A stretch of DNA of 64,000 bases from Eledone cirrhosa. Lineage: Eukaryota. A program made the translations under genes and the position numbers. Shown in pieces: positions 57,391 through 64,000 of this stretch. Location: the NCBI GenBank assembly GCA_964016885.1, contig OZ024742.1:335482001-335546000 (forward strand). Direction: 5' to 3'. The notes under the pieces were generated by a model. The model was given only the letters and a program-made list of their open reading frames with translations. It was not told where the DNA came from and searched no databases. Positions within the stretch are counted from its first letter, which is position 1. Each line of letters starts with the position of its first letter.

Positions 57391-58565
57391 AATGAAATAT
57401 ATATATATATACTGGGGTCCCTAAAAATGTATACATCATTCTAATATATATATTGCCTGTACAGGTAATCAAAGTGTGTATACATTTTTCGGGGACACCA
57501 TATATATATATATATATATATGTACCGGGGTCCCTAAAAATGCATACACCATTCTAATATATATATTGACTGTACAGGTAATCAAAGTGTGTATACATTT
57601 TTAGGGGACACCATATATATATATATATACCGGGGTCCCTGAAAATGTATACACCATTCTAATATATATATTGCCTGTACAGATAATCAAAGTGTGTATA
57701 TATTTTTCGGGGACACCATATATATATATATATATATACACCGGGGTCCCTAAAAATGTATACACCATTCTAATATATATATATTGCTTGTACAGGTAAT
57801 CAAAGTGTGTATACATTTTTCGGGGACACCATATATATATATACCGGGGTCCCTAAAAATGTATACACCATTCTAATATATATATTGCTTGTACAGGTAA
57901 TCAAAGTGTGTATACATTTCTCGGGGACACCATATATATATATATATATACCGGGGTCCCTAAAAATGTATTCACCATTCTAATATATATATTGTGTGTA
58001 CAGGTAATCAAAGCCTGTATACATTTTTCGGGGACACCATATATATATATACCGGGGTCCCTAAAAATGTATACACCATTCTAATATATATATTGCCTGT
58101 ACAGGTAATCAAAGTGTGTATACATTTTTCGGGGACACCATATATATATATATATACCAGGGTCCCTCAAAATGTATACACCATTCTAATATATATATAT
58201 ATTGCCTGTACAGGTAATCAAAGTGTGTATACATTTTTCGGGGACACCATATATATATATATATACCAGGGTCCCTAAAAATGTATACACCATTCTAACA
58301 TATATATTGCCTGTACAGGTAATCAAAGTGTGTATACATTTTTCCGGAACACCATATATATATATATACCGGTGTCCCTAAAAATGTATACACCTTTCTA
58401 ATATATATATTGCCTGTACTGGTAATCAAAGTGTGTATACATTTTTCGGGGACACCATATATATATATATGTATATACCGGGATCCCTAAAAATGTATAC
58501 ACCATTCTAATATATATATTGCCAGTACAGGTAATCAAAGTGTGTATACATTTTTCGGGGACACC

Positions 58566-58598
<33 letters not shown>

Positions 58599-59495
58599 CC
58601 GGGTCCCTAAAAATGTATACACCATTCTAATATATATATTGCCTGTACAGGTAATCAAAGTGTGTATACATTTTTCGAGGACACCATATATATATATATA
58701 TATATATACCGCGGTCCCTAAAAATGTATACACCATTCTAATATATATATTGCCTGTACAGGTAATCAAAGTCTGTATACATTTTTCGGGGACACCATAT
58801 ATATATATACCGGTGTCCCTAATAATGTATACACCATTCTAATATATATATTGCTTATACAGGAAATCAAAGTGTGTATACATTTTTCGGGGACGCCATA
58901 TATATATATATACACCGGGGTCCCTAAAAATGTATACACCATTCTAATATATATATTGCTTGTACAGGTAATCAAAGTGTGTATACATTTTTCGGGGACA
59001 CAATATATATATATATATACCGTTGTCCCTAAAAATGTATACACCATTCTAATATATATATTGCCTGTACAGGTAATCAAAGTGTGTATACATTTTTCCA
59101 GGACACCATATATATATATACCGGTGTCCCTAAAATTGTATACATCATTCTAATATATATATATTGCCTGTACAGGTTATCAAAGTGTGTATACATTTTT
59201 CGGGGACACCATATATATATATATATATATACCGGGGTCCCTAAAAATGTATACACCATTCTAATATATATATTGCCTGTACAGGTAATCAAGTGTGTAT
59301 ACATTTTTCGGGGACACGATATATATATATATATATATACCATATATATATACACCATATATATATACCATATATATATACACCATATATATATATATAT
59401 ATATATATACCGGGGTCCCTAAAAATGTATACACCATTGTAATATATATATTGGCTGTACAGGTAATCAAAGTGTGTATACATTTTTCGGGGACA

Positions 59496-59533
<38 letters not shown>

Positions 59534-59647
59534 TTATAAATGAAATATATATATATATACCGGGGTCCCTAAAAATGTATACATCATTCTAATATATATA
59601 TTGCCTGTACAGGTAATCAAAGTGTGTATACATTTTTCGGGGACACC

Positions 59648-59696
<49 letters not shown>

Positions 59697-60424
59697 AATG
59701 AAATATATATATATATACCGGGGTCCCTAAAAATGTATACATCATTCTAATATATATATTGCCTGTACAGGTAATCAAAGTGTGTATACATTTTTCGGGG
59801 ACACCATATATATATATATATATATATATATGTACCGGGGTCCCTAAAAATGCATACACCATTCTAATATATATATTGACTGTACAGGTAATCAAAGTGT
59901 GTATACATTTTTAGGGGACACCATATATATATATATATACCGGGGTCCCTGAAAATGTATACACCATTCTAATATATATATTGCCTGTACAGATAATCAA
60001 AGTGTGTATATATTTTTCGGGGACACCATATATATATATGTACCGGGGTCCCTAAAAATGTATACACCATTCTAATATATATATTGCTTATACAGGTAAT
60101 CAAAGTGTGTATACATTTTTCGGGGACAACATATATATATATATATATATATATTTATTTATTTATAAATGAAATATATATATATATACCGGGGTCCCTA
60201 AAAATGTATACATCATTCTAATATATATATTGCCTGTACAGGTAATCAAAGTGTGTATACATTTTTCGGGGACACCATATATATATATATATATATATAT
60301 ATTTATTTATTTATAAATGAAATATATATATATATACCGGGGTCCCTAAAAATGTATACATCATTCTAATATATATATTGCCTGTACAGGTAATCAAAGG
60401 GTGTATACATTTTTCGGGGACACC

Positions 60425-60475
<51 letters not shown>

Positions 60476-60582
60476 AATGAAATATATATATATATACCGG
60501 GGTCCCTAAAAATGTATACATCATTCTAATATATATATTGCCTGTACAGGTAATCAAAGTGTGTATACATTTTTCGGGGACA

Positions 60583-60620
<38 letters not shown>

Positions 60621-61333
60621 CGGGGTCCCTAAAAATGCATACACCATTCTAATATATATATTGACTGTACAGGTAATCAAAGTGTGTATACATTTTTAGG
60701 GGACACCATATATATATATATATACCGGGGTCCCTGAAAATGTATACACCATTCTAATATATATATTGTGTATACAGGTAATCAAAGTCTGTATACATTT
60801 TTCGGGGACACCATATATATATATACCGGGGTCACTAAAAATGTATACACCATTCTAATATATATATTGCCTGTACAGGTAATCAAAGTCTGTATACATT
60901 TTTCGGGGACACCATATATATATGTACCGGGGTCCCTAAAAATGTATACACCATTCTAATATATATATTGCCTGTACAGGTAATCAAAGTGTGTATACAT
61001 TTTTCGGGGACACCATATATATATATATATATACCGGGGTCCCTAAAAATGTATACACCATTCTAATATATATATTGCCTGTACAGATAATCAAAGTGTG
61101 TATACATTTTTCCGGAACACCATATATATATATATACCGGTGTCCCTAAAAATGTATACACCTTTCTAATATATATATTGCCTGTACTGGTAATCAAAGT
61201 GTGTATACATTTTTCGGGGACACCATATATATATATATATGTATATACCGGGGTCCCTAAAAATGTATACACCATTCTAATATATATATTGCCTGTACAG
61301 GTAATCAAAGTGTGTATACATTTTTCGGGGACA

Positions 61334-61366
<33 letters not shown>

Positions 61367-62588
61367 GGGTCCCTAAAAATGTATACACCATTCTAATATA
61401 TATATTGCCTGTACAGGTAATCAAAGTGTGTATACATTTTTCGAGGACACCATATATATATATGTTTATATATATACCGGGGTCCCTAAAAATGTATACA
61501 CCATTCTAATATATATATATATTGCTTGTACAGGTAGGTAATCAAAGTGCGTATACATTTTTGGGGGACACCATATATATATATACCGGGGTCCCTTAAA
61601 ATGTATACACCATTCTAATATATATATTGCTTATACAGGTAATCAAAGTGTGTATACATTTTTCGGGGACAACATATATATATATACACCGGGGTCCCTA
61701 AAAATGTATACACCATTCTAATTTATATATTGCTTGTACAGGTAATCAAAGTGTGTATACATTTATCGGGGACACCATATATATATATATATATATATAT
61801 ACCGCGGTCCCTAAAAATGTATACACCATTCTAATATATATATTGCCTGTACAGGTAATCAAAGTCTGTATACATTTTTCGGGGACACCATATATATATA
61901 TACCGGGGTCCCTAATAATGTATACACCATTCTAATATATATATTGCTTATACAGGTAATCAAAGTGTGTATACATTTTTCGGGGACGCCATATATATAT
62001 ATATACACCGGGGTCCCTAAAAATGTATACACCATTCTAATATATATATTGCTTGTACAGGTAATCAAAGTGTGTATACATTTTTCGGGGACACAATATA
62101 TATATATATATACCGTTGTCCCTAAAAATGTATACACCATTCTAATATATATATAGCCTGTACAGGTAATCAAAGTGTGTATACATTTTTCCAGGACACC
62201 ATATATATATATATATACCGGTGTCCCTAAAATTGTATACATCATTCTAATATATATATTGCCTGTACAGGTAATCAAAGTGTGTATACATTTTTCAGGG
62301 ACACCATATATATATATATCTATATATACCGGTGTCCTTAAAAATATATACACCATTCTACTATATATATTGCCTGTACAGGTAATCAAGTGTGTATACA
62401 TTTTTCGGGGACACGATATATATATATATATATACCATATATATATACACCATATATATATACCATATATATATACACCATATATATATATATATATATA
62501 TACCGGGGTCCCTAAAAATGTATACACCATTCTAATATATATATTGGCTGTACAGGTAATCAAAGAGTGTATACATTTTTCGGGGACA

Positions 62589-62670
<82 letters not shown>

Positions 62671-62784
62671 TTATAAATGAAATATATATATATATACCGG
62701 GGTCCCTAAAAATGTATACATCATTCTAATATATATATTGCCTGTACAGGTAATCAAAGTGTGTATACATTTTTCGGGGACACC

Positions 62785-62843
<59 letters not shown>

Positions 62844-62952
62844 AATGAAATATATATATATAATTACCGGGGTCCCTAAAAATGTATACATCATTCTAAT
62901 ATATATATTGCCTGTACAGGTAATCAAAGTGTGTATACATTTTTCGGGGACA

Positions 62953-63000
<48 letters not shown>

Positions 63001-63937
63001 CGGGGTCCCTAAAAATGCATACACCATTGTAATATATATATTGACTGTACAGGTAATCAAAGTGTGTATACATTTTTAGGGGACACCATATATATATATA
63101 TATACCGGGGTCCCTGAAAATGTATACACCATTCTAATATATATATTGCCTGTACAGATAATCAAAGTGTGTATATATTTTTCGGGGACACCATATATAT
63201 ATATATATATATATACACCGGGGTCCCTAAAAATGTATACACCATTCTAATATATATATATTGCTTGTACAGGTAATCAAAGTGTGTATACATTTTTCGG
63301 GGACACCATATATATATATACCGGGGTCCGTAAAAATGTATACACCATTCTAATATATATATTGCTTGTACAGGTAATCAAAGTGTGTATACATTTCTCG
63401 GGGAAACCATATATATATATATATATACCGGGGTCCCTAAAAATGTATTCACCATTCTAATATATATATTGTGTGTACAGGTAATCAAAGTCTGTATACA
63501 TTTTTCGGGGACACCATATATATATATACCGGGGTCCCTAAAAATGTATACACCATTCTAATATATATATATATTGCCTGTACAGGTAATCAAAGTGTGT
63601 ATACATTTTTCGGGGACACCATATATATATATATATATACCAGGGTCCCTAAAAATGTATACACCATTCTAACATATATATTGCCTGTACAGGTAATCAA
63701 AGTGTGTATACATTTTTCCGGAACACCATATATATATATATACCGGTGTCCCTAAAAATGTATACACCTTTCTAATATATATATTGCCTGTACTGGTAAT
63801 CAAAGTGTGTATACATTTTTCGGGGACACCATATATATATATATGTATATACCGGGGTCCCTAAAAATGTATACACCATTCTAATATATATATTGCCTGT
63901 ACAGGTAATCAAAGTGTGTATACATTTTTCGGGGACA

Positions 63938-63976
<39 letters not shown>

Positions 63977-64000
63977 CCGGGTCCCTAAAAATGTATACAC
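47838..64000 (+). repeat. Large tandem satellite: 88-bp MITE-like unit + variable (TA)n spacer, roughly 150 units, runs off the window
   Basis: Unit ccggggtccctaaaaatgtatacac-cattctaatatatatattgcctgtacaggtaatcaaagt-gtgtatacatttttcggggacacc, with ~24-bp imperfect terminal inverted repeats. Confidence 0.97.
51848..51886 (-). ncRNA. Minimal type I hammerhead ribozyme (family G; insert ~51670-51922 in the satellite)
   Basis: Minus strand TGAAC CTGAAGA T TGC-GAAA-GCA T GAAA GTAC TT GTTCA: 5-bp stem I, GNRA-capped stem II and palindromic GTAC loop III. Confidence 0.75.

Noticed and set aside
47838-64000. CRISPR-like repeat/spacer appearance and repeated [10 protein letters not shown] ORFs
   Set aside because: The spacers are only (TA)n, the repeat is 88 bp, there are no cas genes, the context is eukaryotic, and frames shift with TA length.

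Overview
This is eukaryotic, AT-rich, repeat-saturated DNA. The SINE and microsatellite landscape suggests a coleoid cephalopod such as Octopus, which is an inference. No host protein-coding gene can be supported, and most ORF-track entries are translations of (AT)n, (AC)n or satellite DNA. The window holds: (1) long (TA)n-type microsatellite fields; (2) non-LTR retrotransposons of several clades (a near-complete L1/Tx1-type ORF2, a CR1-type element with a PHD-finger ORF1, RTE fragments, CRE-like and R4/Dong-like restriction-like-endonuclease (RLE) remnants, and an RNase H remnant); (3) a near-full-length Penelope-like element (PLE) with RT plus GIY-YIG and an inverted terminal-repeat structure, and other PLE fragments; (4) a non-autonomous LTR element with a tRNA-Trp primer-binding site (PBS), a non-autonomous Helitron-like element and many tRNA-derived SINEs; (5) a 3-kb ACC-rich minisatellite and a >16-kb satellite whose unit is an 88-bp Tc1/mariner-like MITE separated by (TA)n. 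The most striking signal is a set of at least five unrelated short non-coding elements embedded in or next to (TA)n tracts. Each carries a type I hammerhead ribozyme fold with a palindromic stem III, and one has a compensatory U3-A8 core variant. They look like mini-Penelope or retrozyme-like parasites. All folds were assigned by eye, and coordinates may be off by a few bases.
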